A DNA stretch of 64,000 bases, taken from positions 57,076-121,075 of the forward strand of contig CDMY01000323.1 in the NCBI GenBank assembly GCA_001179505.1, given 5' to 3'. How positions within the stretch are numbered: position 1 is the first letter of the stretch; every line of letters begins with the position of its first letter. The position numbers and the translations under genes are program-made. Below are positions 22,435 through 34,309 of the stretch, one piece after another. This DNA is from Vitrella brassicaformis CCMP3155 (lineage: Eukaryota > Protista > Chromerida). The notes under the pieces were generated by a model that worked only from the letters and a program-made list of their open reading frames with translations, did no database searches and was not told where the DNA came from.

Positions 22435-24469
22435 ATGAAGATCTTCGCCGCCATCGGTTGCTCCCTGTTCAGCACCAGGTGGCCTGCCGGCAGTGATGCC
22501 GTGCGCTCACGAGCGGCATCTCTCCCACCGTCTTTCATCATGCGACATCCCTCATTTCGACCACCTCATGCAAGCGTGCTGCGTGGAAAGAGGAGAACAA
22601 GGGCAATGGAGATGTCCATCTGGCCGGGCGGCAGCGATGACGACCGCACATCGCTTGGGAGAGCGGGCGGCCTGGGAATGGGCGGTTTTGTGATGGGCGG
22701 CAATGTGACGACGAGCACGGAGGTGGCGACGCTTGAGGAGGCGGTGATCGGCATATGGGATGTGTTCCAGCCGAGAGAACTCATGCTCACACCCGCAGAG
22801 CTCGAGAAAAGACTGCGAGTAAGCACACGACAACACAAGAGCATCCACATGATCAACGACTGTCCTGTGCAGGAGGATCCCGACATGACGACTCCGATCG
22901 GTTTGTCTGACCGTCTGTCACTGATGGAGGGCGGCACTGCGAGGCTGCCAGCTCGATCATGGCAGGGCAACTGGACACTCGGCACCACATCAGAGGGCGC
23001 TGCCAGGTGGGTGACGGTGTTGCCAGATCGGTGTTCCTTGCAAGCGAGATCTGTCTATCTTTTCGTCCGTCTGTCTGTCTGTCTGTCTGTTCGTCTGTCT
23101 GTGTGAGTGTGCCAGGCTGACAATTCATGTAGGCAATGTTCGGTTCCCGTCGACGACGTATGTGTTTCGGGGTCTGCTGGTCGACTCTACGCATCCCATG
23201 GTGGCGATGGGTAGCGTGCTGAACCAGGACAAAGGCGTGGTTGTCATGGGCAGGGCCACTGAAAGGGTCCATGATAAGGTAGACATACATAGGCACCCGC
23301 CAGGAGGTTGTGTATGTGTATGTGTATGTGTATGTGTGTGGGTCATTTCATTGGTTCCATCAGGTCGACGACGTGACGGACGTTCGGGAGCTGGGTGACT
23401 GGTTCATGACCAAGAAATACAGCAAAGAGTACGCTCACTCACTTAACATCGCCATGCCACATGTGGTCACTCTACAATTGTATTCCCCCATCCTTGTGTG
23501 TCAGTGAGTTCTCTCCAGACCAGCTGTATCTGCTGGTCAGCCCCACCACAGGCGTCTCTGAGGGTGGCGTCAACCTCGATGCAGGCGCAGACACAAGCAT
23601 CAGGGCACAAGTGAGCCAACAGCAACAGCAACCGCGTCGAATGAATCTTCGTCTGCATGTGGCTGTGTGTCACGTATCGTATACAGTTTGAGCGTCTGAA
23701 GCAGGAGAAGCCCGAACTGCTCAAGATCGATCTGGAGGCCCACAGCCGCGCTCGAGACCGACAAATGTCACCCGAGGAGGCCGCAGCCATCGAGGCGAAG
23801 GTGGAAGAAATCACCAAGGAGCTCGACCGAATGAATAGCGAGCAACAACCGCAGACGGGCCCTTCATCTCAGTCTGAGCCCTCCCAAACGGAGCTCGACC
23901 AGCTCTTCGCCGAGCTGGCCGACAGCATGCCGCCCCTCATTCCGCCCGAGCGGCTGCAGCAGGCCGAGAACAAGGCGTTCGAGGCCATGCAGCGGTCCCT
24001 CCCGTCCCTGCCCGACCTGGCGCGCTTCGTGCAGCCCGAGATGCTCGAGGAACAAGCCAAAGAGATGGGCCTGCCTGATGCAGACCGTTTGGACTACAAG
24101 AAGCTCAAGCACTTCATGTCGCTCCCCGAGATGGCCAACGTCGAGGCGGCCGTGCTCAACGCCACAGCTGACATGACGACCAGGAGGCGCCGGCAGCAAT
24201 TGCAGGATGACGCCGAGAGTGACAGCACGCCTGTGGAGCACGTCGGTGTGAGCGAACGTGTGCTGAGGAATCTGGGTTACGGACTGCGCCCATCTAGTTC
24301 CGAGGGGGAAGGGGGACGACATGATGACATTGATGATGGGTTGAGGGATGGCATGAGTGTTGAAGAGACGAGCCGGGTGCTGGCGAAGCGGCGGATGGAA
24401 GAGCTGAGGAGGCGGCCATTCGGAGAACCGTATGTACCGCCCCCAGACACCGGACAGGCGGACAGATGA
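22435..24469 (+). CDS. Hypothetical protein with a possible bipartite plastid leader and a helical C-terminal half
   Basis: Exons flanked by GT/AG and a long final exon (23688-24469) with high GC3. The leader is short and hydrophobic, then Ser/Arg/Pro-rich. Confidence 0.55.
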
Positions 24470-24899
24470 ATGGCTAGACATTGATGGACCCATGTGTAGT
24501 CAGACAAAGGGAGCGAAAAGTGCAAAGATGGTGCCGGACGCACATCTGATCTTGCTCTTGGGGCAGCTTGAACGCAGTCATTCGATGAGTGCGATCACGA
24601 CATTAAAGCGTCCCATTCATTAATATCTGGAATGGAAAAGTACACGACACACGAAAAGAAGGAAGCACCGTTTGTTCGACCGGCATTGGTCAATTGCATC
24701 AGTGTAGGAAGAGCACGAACGTAGGATGGGATCGAAACTGCGTGCGAGGGACACGTCCATGTACCCTTGATCAGAAACTCAGCGTCATGAATTGGTCTGA
24801 CATACACGCATACACCACTCACACAAATAACCCACACGCGATGCTGCCTGCCCCTTCTCCCCCTCTGCCGCCTGGCTGTCTATCTGCCAGTCATTTCAT

Positions 24900-26258
24900 C
24901 TATTTCTTGTATTGTGTGTCAGGTTTGACGGTGACGACCGTCTGTTGGTGCGTCACAGCGTCTCCCTCCCTCACGCGCACACTCGTGACGGTCCCAGCGG
25001 CCGGTGTGCGCAGGATGGTCTCCATTTTCATGGCCTCAATCACCACCACACCGTCGCCCTGCTTGACCTGCTGCCCCTCGTCCACCAGGACCTTGACCGC
25101 CTTGCCGTTCATCGTCGCGCGAACCTCCACGCCCTCACCGGCCTCACCAATGTCAATATACACGTAGCCCAAGAGGCTCTGCCCACAGAACAGAGCGGAT
25201 GACGGATGAATGGATGGTGATCCAGTGTGTAGCATGAGTGTACCTCACCTTGCCGGGCCTGTCAGGAGCCCCACCAAGTCCTCCAGCTGGCAGGATGGTC
25301 ACCCCTCCCTCCCCCTCGGCACCCTGGACCGACGTGTCCTCGGTCCACTCCTCACTGGCGATGTCATGCTCCACCTGGCTGTAGTCTCTCATCACAGGCA
25401 GGCACACCTCACCGGCAGCAGACAGCAAGGCGTCGTCAATGGGCTCCAGATGCACTACACACTGGCCGCCATCGTTGCGAATGGACACCGATATGCTCGA
25501 CGCCTATGAGGCACTCAGGAAGCGATCCCTCGTTACAGGGAAATGTCCGCACTTTCTTACCTCAGTAGGACCACCACCAGGCGCTTCACTTTTGCCGTCC
25601 TCGTCCTCATGACTCACAGGGGCGATCTGGAGCACGCCAGAACTCTCAGACGGCGACGACCCACCGAATGACCAACACGCTGCATAGTGCTCCGGCTGTT
25701 CATCACCCCCTCCGCTGTCCAACTGTACTCGAAGGCGATAGAGCGGTGAAGGCGAGGCCGCCCCATTAACTGGCGGAGTGGCCGGGGGCACTGTATAGTG
25801 GGCGGGGAAGGAGGCAGGGGTGCGCAACACGTCCACACGAACACCTTGACAGACAGACAACCGAGCCACCATCATTGTGTGCTTCACTGGTGGCTGCGTA
25901 CATGTCTACCTGTAGGTTCCTGCGGTTGGTCAGGGGAGGCCGGGGAGGGAAGAAAAGACCACTGACGGCCGACCGATGGCAGCGTCACTCGATAACCTGA
26001 CAGACACAGAAGGCACACACAAGCGTTCTGACTGACCGATGCGATGAGCATCTTTCTTGTTTGTACCATAAAGCGAGTGCCAGGGCGACGTGTGTGTCTG
26101 CTGCCCTCCCGGCGCACCCCTCAGCACCTGACTGGCGTGCTAACAGACGACAAACAGATAGATCAGCACCCACTGAAATTGAGCGGATTATTCACCTCCT
26201 TGAGAGTGAGTGAGATGGCGGCTGTCGTGCAGAGCTGCGGAAACGCCTTCTTTGACAT
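24900..26258 (-). CDS. Stand-alone BT plus biotinyl-carrier protein, equivalent to the C-terminal half of an MCC/PCC-alpha-type carboxylase
   Basis: C-terminal MNGKAVKVLVDEGQQVKQGDGVVVIEAMKMETILRTPAAGTV with the biotin lysine in EAMKM. N-terminal TAAISLTLKE|...SPWHSLYG resembles the BC-BT junction. No biotin-carboxylase domain is seen. Confidence 0.75.
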
Positions 26259-26323
26259 TTCTCCGCCACGAGTGTCACCAGGGTGGGTTAGGACGGGAAA
26301 CGAAAAACAGTGGAACATCATAG

Positions 26324-28980
26324 ATGCAGAACACAAGCATTGAGGTGAGGACACGCACTAGAAAACCATGGACATGCAGTGACGCGTCGGTGATGTTCCG
26401 AATCGTAACTCCATGTGCATTAAGTTTTTGCAGGGAGACGGGTTGATAGACGGCGTCTATGGGCTTCTCTGGAGCCACGCATCGTCGTCCGCAGCTCTCA
26501 CGGGTGACGGCGACAGCGTGGACTCGGATGCTTCTCGAGATGCTGCGGCAGACATCGTCATTCCTGACACGGTTGTCTTCAAGTACGGGCAGGCGAGCGC
26601 TTGGTACTTCACTGGGGCTGATGGGTCACTCAAACGCAAAAATAAGGGAAATTTGACCAATTTAAACATCGAGAAAGCCTTCAACAAACGGGTGAGTGGC
26701 TCGAAGTGGAAGTAGGGATCCAAATGAGAACATTTTCCATCTTCTGTGCAGGTGTCAAAGTCGGGCGTGGTTGCATATTTTGTGCTCAACACACCGCAAG
26801 ACGATGGCGTCATACACACAACCGTCGAAGTGAGGCAGACACTGTCAGACAGTGACAGTCCACACACCAGTACACTGATCGACTCGCCATGTGTCTCCCC
26901 TGTCTGTCAGTATTTCGACCGTGGCCAGCTCCGGGCGTTTTTATACAGACGAGAGAAGCCGGCCGGCATCCTCCAGAAATTCATTGATTGCGGAAATGAG
27001 CACCACACCGTCATACAGGCTCTGTGGAGCAACAAGGTGAACAAGTGGCTCCCATGGTGTTCTTTTCCCAATGTGGAGGTTCTTGCCTCGTTCTTGCAGT
27101 TGTGTCTCCTTGAGCAGCGGTCTAATCGTCTGCCGCTCAGCGACACGAAAGCGGATCTCTACCAACGAGTCCTCACATGTACGCAACGGATACACCACTT
27201 GACCTTCCGTACACTATACGTGGCTGCCTGCCTGTATGAACACAGTCGATGGCCCGGATCACTTATCCTACAGTCGGCCGGTCCGAGGTGAGTCGCTGCC
27301 GCATCTCATCCATATGGCCGCCCACGCAATTGCCGACCGCCTCACGGCCGGGTTGAGACAGGGGGCTACCATGGCAGCCACAAAGCGAGTGGCAAGGATG
27401 GCTGTGCTGTTCAAGGTCGACTGCGATCATCGCTTGCTCTTCTTGTGGATATCTAGCCTCCGTGTCGCCTCAGCCCATCCCCCATCGGTCATCTGTCCCC
27501 CCAGCTCATCGCCAGACAAAGCCGCCAGAGACCTGATCAGCACAGACGGTAGGGCATCCGAGGCCCCCAGGAGGGATGAGGGTATCGGTCTGGGACAGGA
27601 GGGTGCGGCCAGACTGACGGTGCTCAAGTCGTCTCCACTAGAGGAGCGGTGCCGCATCGGCGTGCCCCAGCACGTCAGGGTGAGTGAGAGTGATGAGCGG
27701 CAGCGAGGCTATGCATTCCGTCGATGCGAAGGCGGACTTTTGGACACAGATTTATGGTATGTGTGATGTCTCTCTCTTCTGCCTCTTTGCTGATACTGTC
27801 AGCTGAACGGGAGGAACGCCTTAGGACGCACTGAGATGCGTCAATGCCCCCTTTGTCGGTCAGTCGTCGCATCCGACAGGTCAGAGGCGCAGAAAGCAGC
27901 CTCGTCTTTGCTACGGCATTCATCCATCTCTCGTTGCAGCGTCTTCGAGCTGTCGTATCAAATGTTGATCAAGTATGACCAGTTGCGGGAGGCTGTCCCT
28001 TCCCTCCGACAGCAGATGAGACGAGAAACCAGTGTCCGCCCGGACAACAGACAGGTCCCTTTGCTCATTCGGCAGCTGGTAGGGATCAGTTCGCGCCCTT
28101 TGGTCATTAAAAATCTCTCTCTTTCGCTTCTCCAGCATCCGAGGCTGCACAATGTCGACTATGCCAAACACAAGGAGGTGAGGAAAACATGTGCGCACAC
28201 TTTTGGTAGCACAGGAGACTGAGGGCTCGTACCCATGCACTTTCTTGTCAGGATCCTCTCTTTCTGCTCCGCTCCGCCTCTCTGTGCGAGGACTGCTACA
28301 TTCGGATCTCGTCAGTCGAGCTTGGCGTCCCCTTCGTGCCTGCCCCTCCCCCCGCCCCGACACGGCCACTCATCCACGAGCAGCCCTCTGCCGGACGGCT
28401 GCGGCATGTCGCCCCTCCACTCTCCCCCGAGCGATTGAGGGATAGATACAAACGAACAAGATCGGAGATCATCGAGCGGGCACGGCGAGCCACTGATCGC
28501 ACCCGACAGAGGGGCATCGAGCGGCCCTTCCCTTCCCCTTCGCGCACCCTGTCTCACCCGCAGCTGTCCGCCATCAGGGAAGAGGAGGACCAATGTGTCG
28601 GGCCCTGGACGCCTACAGGCGGCCGAGAGCCACAGGGCGAGAGTCGATCGACTCCGGTACCAGCTGACCACAAAAGGCTGGGAGGAGACCAGTGGCCTCT
28701 CGAGCAAAAGAAAAATAGGCGACTGCCGTCACGTGAAGGCTTCGCATATGATGACGGTCGCGCTATGGTCCCCCCCAGTCCCATCACGGCAACGCCCCGT
28801 GACAACGATGCTCTCAGAAAAGGTTGCCTGAAACAGGGCCATTTGTTACGCGAGAGGCGGTGCAGCCGAGACGTGTGGCCATATTTGCGTGAAATAATTC
28901 GTCATGAGGGAAGTAGTGGGCTGGCCACCGTGGGCAGATACTACCGTCGGACACAGAAGGCAAAACTGAGGACAGATTAA
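26324..28980 (+). CDS. Hypothetical protein; multi-exon, low-complexity C-terminus
   Basis: MQNTSIE|[13 protein letters not shown]...[17 protein letters not shown]...GILQKFID...IQALWSNK|LCLLEQRSN..., with consistent GT-AG introns. Confidence 0.65.
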
Positions 28981-29370
28981 TGGTATGTACGGTGTCTCTC
29001 TCTTTCGTCTCCCTCCCTTTGTGGGCCTTGATATGTGAGAGTGATGTGTGAATCAATATTAACGCGTGCCGGCCTTGCGTGCGACCACTTGAAGCTGTGC
29101 GGCGATCAGACATACCCATCACCATGTGCGTAGCGTGTCTATCGTCGACTGGTTGCTGCGCACTTGCTTGGCGCAACCATGCATGGTTGACATGTAAGAA
29201 TTCAGTGAGCTTATGAAACCAGGCGCACTACAACTGTGTTTTCATCCATCCAGCCGATTGCAGTGTCTCTGTCTATGAAGCGGATAGGGCCTCTTCTTTG
29301 GTACAGTAGTTTGAAGAACGAGGAAAACTCACGAGAGTGTCGTAGCCTGATTTCGATTCTTGTTGTGTAT

Positions 29371-29442
29371 ACAAGGAATGCACTTGGAACCCTGATAGCT
29401 CGCTTAAAAGCTCGCTATAAGGGTTCGAAGTGCATTCCTTGT
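29371..29442. repeat. Imperfect inverted repeat (72-nt hairpin)
   Basis: Arms ACAAGGAATGCACTT/AAGTGCATTCCTTGT (15 bp perfect), GAACCCT/AGGGTTC, ATAGC/GCTAT, GCTT/AAGC. Confidence 0.9.
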
Positions 29443-29589
29443 GAGGGGTTAAGGGTTTTGGATGGACAGGATGAGTATGTGGAGTGGACAGGGATTTAAG
29501 TAAGGTTTGACCGAGTAAGTAAGCTAAACCAACATTTCTTTAAATAGTAAACATAAATCATCACACTAAACAGTTTAAAATGTGTAAAC

Positions 29590-30366
29590 AAGTAAATAAT
29601 CAAAGAGAAAAACAAACATCTACACAAAGTTACTAAGATACCGCTTGAACTGAAAGAAGGACAAATGCTATTTACTTTTCCTCCTATTAACAAGAAAAAA
29701 GGATTTACTTGGGATGAAGATATTTTTTATAATTTTAAAGCACGATTAATGTGAATGAACTTAATAAAGAAAACAACCTTGATGCTTTTATGAATACAGT
29801 GAAAAGAAATGATATACTAAAGGTGCATTAAATAATAGAGATAATGGCTTTAATGTTTATTCATCAAATTTAAATAATCCAACCATTGAATCATTTTTTC
29901 AAAAATTCTTGGGTAAGAATGCTAATGTTGATTTTTCTGTTCAAGAGGTTCTTAAAGTAGCGGATAGTGATGAAATACAAGACCAATTAATTAATGCTGG
30001 GTATGTTCCACCTCCACAGCAACCACCACCACCTCCTCCCCCACCACAAATTCCTCCCGCTAGTGGAGGTTTATCCGAACCATTAGAAGAAACGCTTTAT
30101 GAACCACAACCTGAACCAGTTGAACCGCCACCTCTTATATTACCCGAACCAGCACCCGAACCACCAACTAATTTTCCACCCGATTATCAACCAGAACCTG
30201 AAAGAGGGGCAAGACAAATACCACCACCTGCACCGGAGCCACTACCTGACATTCCACCTGAATGAAACCCTCCTGCACCAGCCTATCAACCACCGACAAC
30301 ACATGAAACGACAAGAGGGCCAAGAGTAGGAGAAAACATACAACCATTATTGCAAATTCCACGTTA
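29590..30366 (+). pseudogene. Viral-type proline-rich protein, disrupted
   Basis: KIPLELKEGQMLFTFPPINKKKGFTWDEDIF / INVNELNKENNLDAF...* / ...LGKNANVDF...PPPQQPPPPPPPP...PPE*NPPAPAYQPP...IPR*, with frameshifts and in-frame stops. Confidence 0.55.
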
Positions 30367-30368
30367 AT

Positions 30369-31020
30369 TTATTCTATTACCGCAAAGGATTCATAATCAC
30401 AGTAATTTTCCTTTATTAGTGTGAGGACTTCGTGCATTCACTGAAATAAAGCAGTAGTTATTCGTAGCATTATCAAAATATTTACAAAATTCTGAAAATT
30501 TTTTTTGCCATCACTAAGTATCTCTTCGTGAAGACTTGCAAGACTGGCATGGCCACATTGGCGAAGCACACATGCAAAATCATAAATACTTCTTGTTAAG
30601 GTTGAAACTCTTTTTACAGACTGACTTATCTGAATAATACTCACATTCATGTGTCTAACAATAGTAAGTAATCTCTCAAATTCCTTACTTCTCGTATCGT
30701 CCATCGTAGCAATACTATCATCAAGTATTAAAAACACTCGTCTTCGCTTTTTTGTCTTCTCTTGATGCTCTGCTAACGCTTTAATCTGCTCTTCTGCTAT
30801 TTTGGTTAAAACTTTGTGACGCTTCACGCCATTTTTCAACCACAATTCCGGCTGAACTGTCACTATCAGCTCATCATCAAACTTATTTCTATCCCGCAAA
30901 TACCGATACAATGATAATGCAATTAGGGTTTTCCCGGTATTTATGCGTTCCGTAATCAATAATATCAAGCACTTCTTCTCGTCCGCTATCTTATTAAATA
31001 GCTCTCGCAGTTCCGTATTT
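30369..31020 (-). pseudogene. A32-like (FtsK-HerA superfamily) DNA-packaging ATPase, inactivated
   Basis: Walker A LLITERINTGKT (first G replaced by E), Walker B VFLILDD, RHMNVSIIQISQ motif, TRSIYDF. A frameshift at an A8 run restores FSEFCKYFDNATNNYCFISVN. Confidence 0.85.
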
Positions 31021-31430
31021 TTTCGTGCATCTCATTAATATTATATATATAAATACTACTTTTTCTTTGGTTGTATTTTTGTATTGACTGCACGCTCTAT
31101 CTGCCGAGCCACTTGCTCCGCATTCTTTATTTTCGCATTTTTTCAACGCTTCAAATAGAACTGATAGAGTATTTTTCCATCATTACTATCATCTTTTGTA
31201 CTCTTATTTTTTTCAATCGTTGAAGCAAATTATTAAACATGATATAGAGTTAATGAAATACTTATATGGCAAAATTCAAAAAAGCAACAGATATTTTTTA
31301 GTTGTCTTAAACAAAGTATTTAAAATTCACCGCTGTGCATCGTGAGAATATGTGATGTTCTCCACCTACCCTGCCACCATCTGCTCATTGTCTTGCCATT
31401 TACCACGTGTTCATTTCTCATTTCCTCTTG

Positions 31431-32700
31431 TAGCGCGCGCGTACCTCCGCGTATCATAAGACCAGGAAGCCAGGGTACGAAACAGGGTACAAGTCAGGTT
31501 ACGAAAGCTGCGAACACACGCAGGCAGGCAGGAAGAGCACGCAGAGGTGAGCGCGGGCCGCCGGACTCGAGCTCCCGTCCTCATTCACAGGCACACGTGC
31601 ACCCCACATGTGCCTCACACGCCTCCGGCAAGCAGCAAGGAGAGCAGGAAGCCACCATACGACCCGTGCAGACGGAGGGGAGGCAGTGCGGCGGACCTTT
31701 GTAGATGTGTAGAGAGAGTCGATGAGCGAACAGCGGGTAGACATGCCTACGGGCAGGATGGCGAACCAACGCGGAGCAGCAGCGGGGAGGTGCGAGCTAT
31801 TGTGGGTGTAGACCGATATGGCCAGGAGGGCGGCCAAGAGAGATATGCAACACGCTGCTCCACAAGGCCCGAAGGAGGGCATACAGACAGATGGACAGGT
31901 GAGCCGTATCCCACCAGGCCCACGGAGGGCGGGCAGACGCCCCAGAGTAAGATGAGCCCAGCAGCCGAGCTGCAGGGCGGCATCTCCACATCCAGAAGCG
32001 ACGATTCGGACACCACAGGGGCGTCCATCCACAGAGGCAGACAGCAGGGACGAGGCAGCCCTCATCCAAACACAGACCGATGAGCCCCATCCCGTGGATA
32101 CACCACCATGAGTATGATGTCAGCAGAGCCCCCACTGACGGAGGCAAAGAGAGACGCAAGGACGGCGTCAGCAAGCGACGCGTCCATGTACGCCTCATCC
32201 AAGCAGCAGGAACATGACCGTCATCCGTACGAACATTCAGAGCTCCACAACACAGCAGCAAGAGGGAATCCACGAACCAAGACACAGCAGCGGCCGGCGG
32301 CATCCAGCGCCAGAGGCACCGGGAGAGGGCAAGACAGCCCAGGGCAGGTGTATGAAGTGTCGACCGTGAGGCCCAACGCGTGTGAAAGGCCGCCAGAGCC
32401 ACGGATCTTCAGATCTTCAGTGCACGGGTAGCCGGCCGAGAGAGAGATCTGTCGTCAAGAAGCGCCTTCCGCGCCGGCAGCACAGGGCCGGCGCGTGTCG
32501 ACAGGGGCAGGGACGATTGCCTTGCGTGTCGGGAAGGTCACACATGGCGCAGATCTCCAGGTCAGCCGGGCCCGAGAGCCGCAAGACGAAGAGAGCCGAC
32601 GAAAACAGGCAGGGACGTTCCGTGCAGGTACGAATCAGGGTCGGGAAGACAGTCAGGGTCACGAAGGGTCCATTCGCCGGGCCAGGTCACGTGAGGATGC
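31431..32700 (+). CDS. Low-complexity hypothetical protein; exon model uncertain
   Basis: Several AG/GT-bounded, GC-rich, Ser/Arg/Gly-rich segments. No motif recognised. Confidence 0.3.
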
Positions 32701-33033
32701 CATCAAGACCATGGAATGGTGTGGTGTGTGGTGTGTGGGTGTGGTGAGTGGATCTGGCCCCTGCCTGCATCCTATCTTTGTGTAGGTAGCAGACTGACCT
32801 GTCGCCGGTCACGGGGAATGCGACACGTCCCAGGTCGATGCAAGGGAGCGCTCCTATCGCGTCCGCCAGAAGGCGGGAGAACCACATCTACCGACGAAAC
32901 GACAGCAGGAGAAAGGGGGAAATTGAATCGCAAAGGAGGGAGAAAGGTCTGTGCCGAGTTCTGCGGGTTCAATTCCGAGTTCCAAAGATCTTGGCTAGTT
33001 TGACTACGCTAGCTGAGACGGCTAGCTTGACAT

Positions 33034-33065
33034 GGGGGAAATGGGGGTAATGGGGGCAATGGGGG
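33034..33065 (+). repeat. Four G5 tracts with 4-nt loops (G-quadruplex motif)
   Basis: GGGGGAAATGGGGGTAATGGGGGCAATGGGGG. Confidence 0.85.
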
Positions 33066-33883
33066 CGATGCGTGCATGAAGACTGCGAAAGGAAACAATG
33101 AGCTGATGATCTATCTACGCTCTGCAAAGCCCTGGCACAACGCTACGCTTTCCTTATCCTACCAATGACCAGCCTGACAAGCACTCACTCGAATCCATCA
33201 ACCAGCAGCAGCCTGACGGCCAGTGAAAGCACCGCCCTCCGCCGCAGAAGGGCGCAAGGGATGCTCAGCCTTCCTCCAGATTAGCCCTGGGGTGACGGAG
33301 GCTCGATTATCGGGGCTTGCTCGTCGTCGTCATCTTCCTCTTCCTTGGGTCTCCTGCAGCGGTGGATGTCTGTTGGAGAACGTGCATAGAATCAGCGGCG
33401 GTGTGGCTCCGTGGTGGCTTTGGCCAGTCAGAAACCGCACACAATGTGTAGGTGGGGGGGGGAGTCATGCGTTGTTGGCTTGTCCTCCTGCCTTGTCCTA
33501 TCAGATGAGCCCCGTCAATAGCATACACACAGCTGGTCAGCTTATCACTTGTCAGGCCACGAGGAAGAAGCGGCGGGTGATGCCTGGCTGGGAGACACAC
33601 TCGCGACAAGAAGCGGCGTTGGCGTTCGACAGGTACATGAGTCGCCTTGGTATGTGTCTGTTTGTCTGTCTACATGACGACCCGTGCCTCGTCTCCTCGG
33701 CCGCTGGCAGGCGACTCGAAGCCGCAGCCCTCACGGGTTAGAGAGGAGGGACCATCATGGGTTCGCCGCACAACACTCTCCATTTGTTTTTCTCATTTGT
33801 CACGGGTATATTTTCCATCTCATGTCCGTCGTCTTTTGCTTTTCAATTATTTCTTTCTTCTTCTTCTTTTCTTTGAGACACAC

Positions 33884-33961
33884 TCAACTATTTTCCCTTC
33901 TTCTCCTCTTTGAGCCAAGCCACACCGTCAACTATTTTCCCTTCTTCTCCTCTTTGAGCCA
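33884..33961. repeat. 34-bp direct repeat, two copies 10 bp apart
   Basis: TCAACTATTTTCCCTTCTTCTCCTCTTTGAGCCA at 33884-33917 and 33928-33961. Confidence 0.9.
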
Positions 33962-34309
33962 CGCCCGTTGACACTAAACCCCGTCCACTCTCCCTGTGAG
34001 AGTTGACCGTTAGCAGGTTCAGCCGTTCGTTTATTTGGCTCGTACTGTAAATTCCCATATACCGTCCTCCTGCGAGGCTTGCCCTCTGTGGTGTGGTGGT
34101 GGTATTTCCACTCTTCACGCTTTCTACTGAACTATGGTGGCAGGTGCTTAAGGAGGGTCTGCTCAATATGAAGGAGGTGGTAAATCACTTATCAAGCTCG
34201 CATCGTCTTTTCGGCGGGTCTCTTGTCGTTTGTTGCGTCGCATCTGCCAGTTTCGCTTGTCGGTTGAGTTCCAGTCAACGTTCCCTCTGTTTTCATCCAT
34301 TGACAAGCG

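Larger units (their letters stand above)
29497..31330. mobile_element. Degraded AT-rich endogenous viral element of the PRD1-adenovirus lineage (Polinton-like virus, virophage or Polinton)
   Basis: Abrupt AT-rich island with no introns or microsatellites, densely packed ORF remnants and an A32-like ATPase. Boundaries are approximate. Confidence 0.8.

Noticed and set aside
26700-27150. GILQKFID as a possible ATP-grasp motif
   Set aside because: A single short motif is insufficient without a profile search.
29444-29460. GGGGTTAAGGGTTTT, telomere-like, beside the viral island; a similar string lies near 34680
   Set aside because: Fewer than two proper units, so it could be chance.
32960-32985. 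GGTTCAATTCC, resembling a tRNA T-loop/B-box
   Set aside because: No A-box, acceptor stem or cloverleaf could be built around it.
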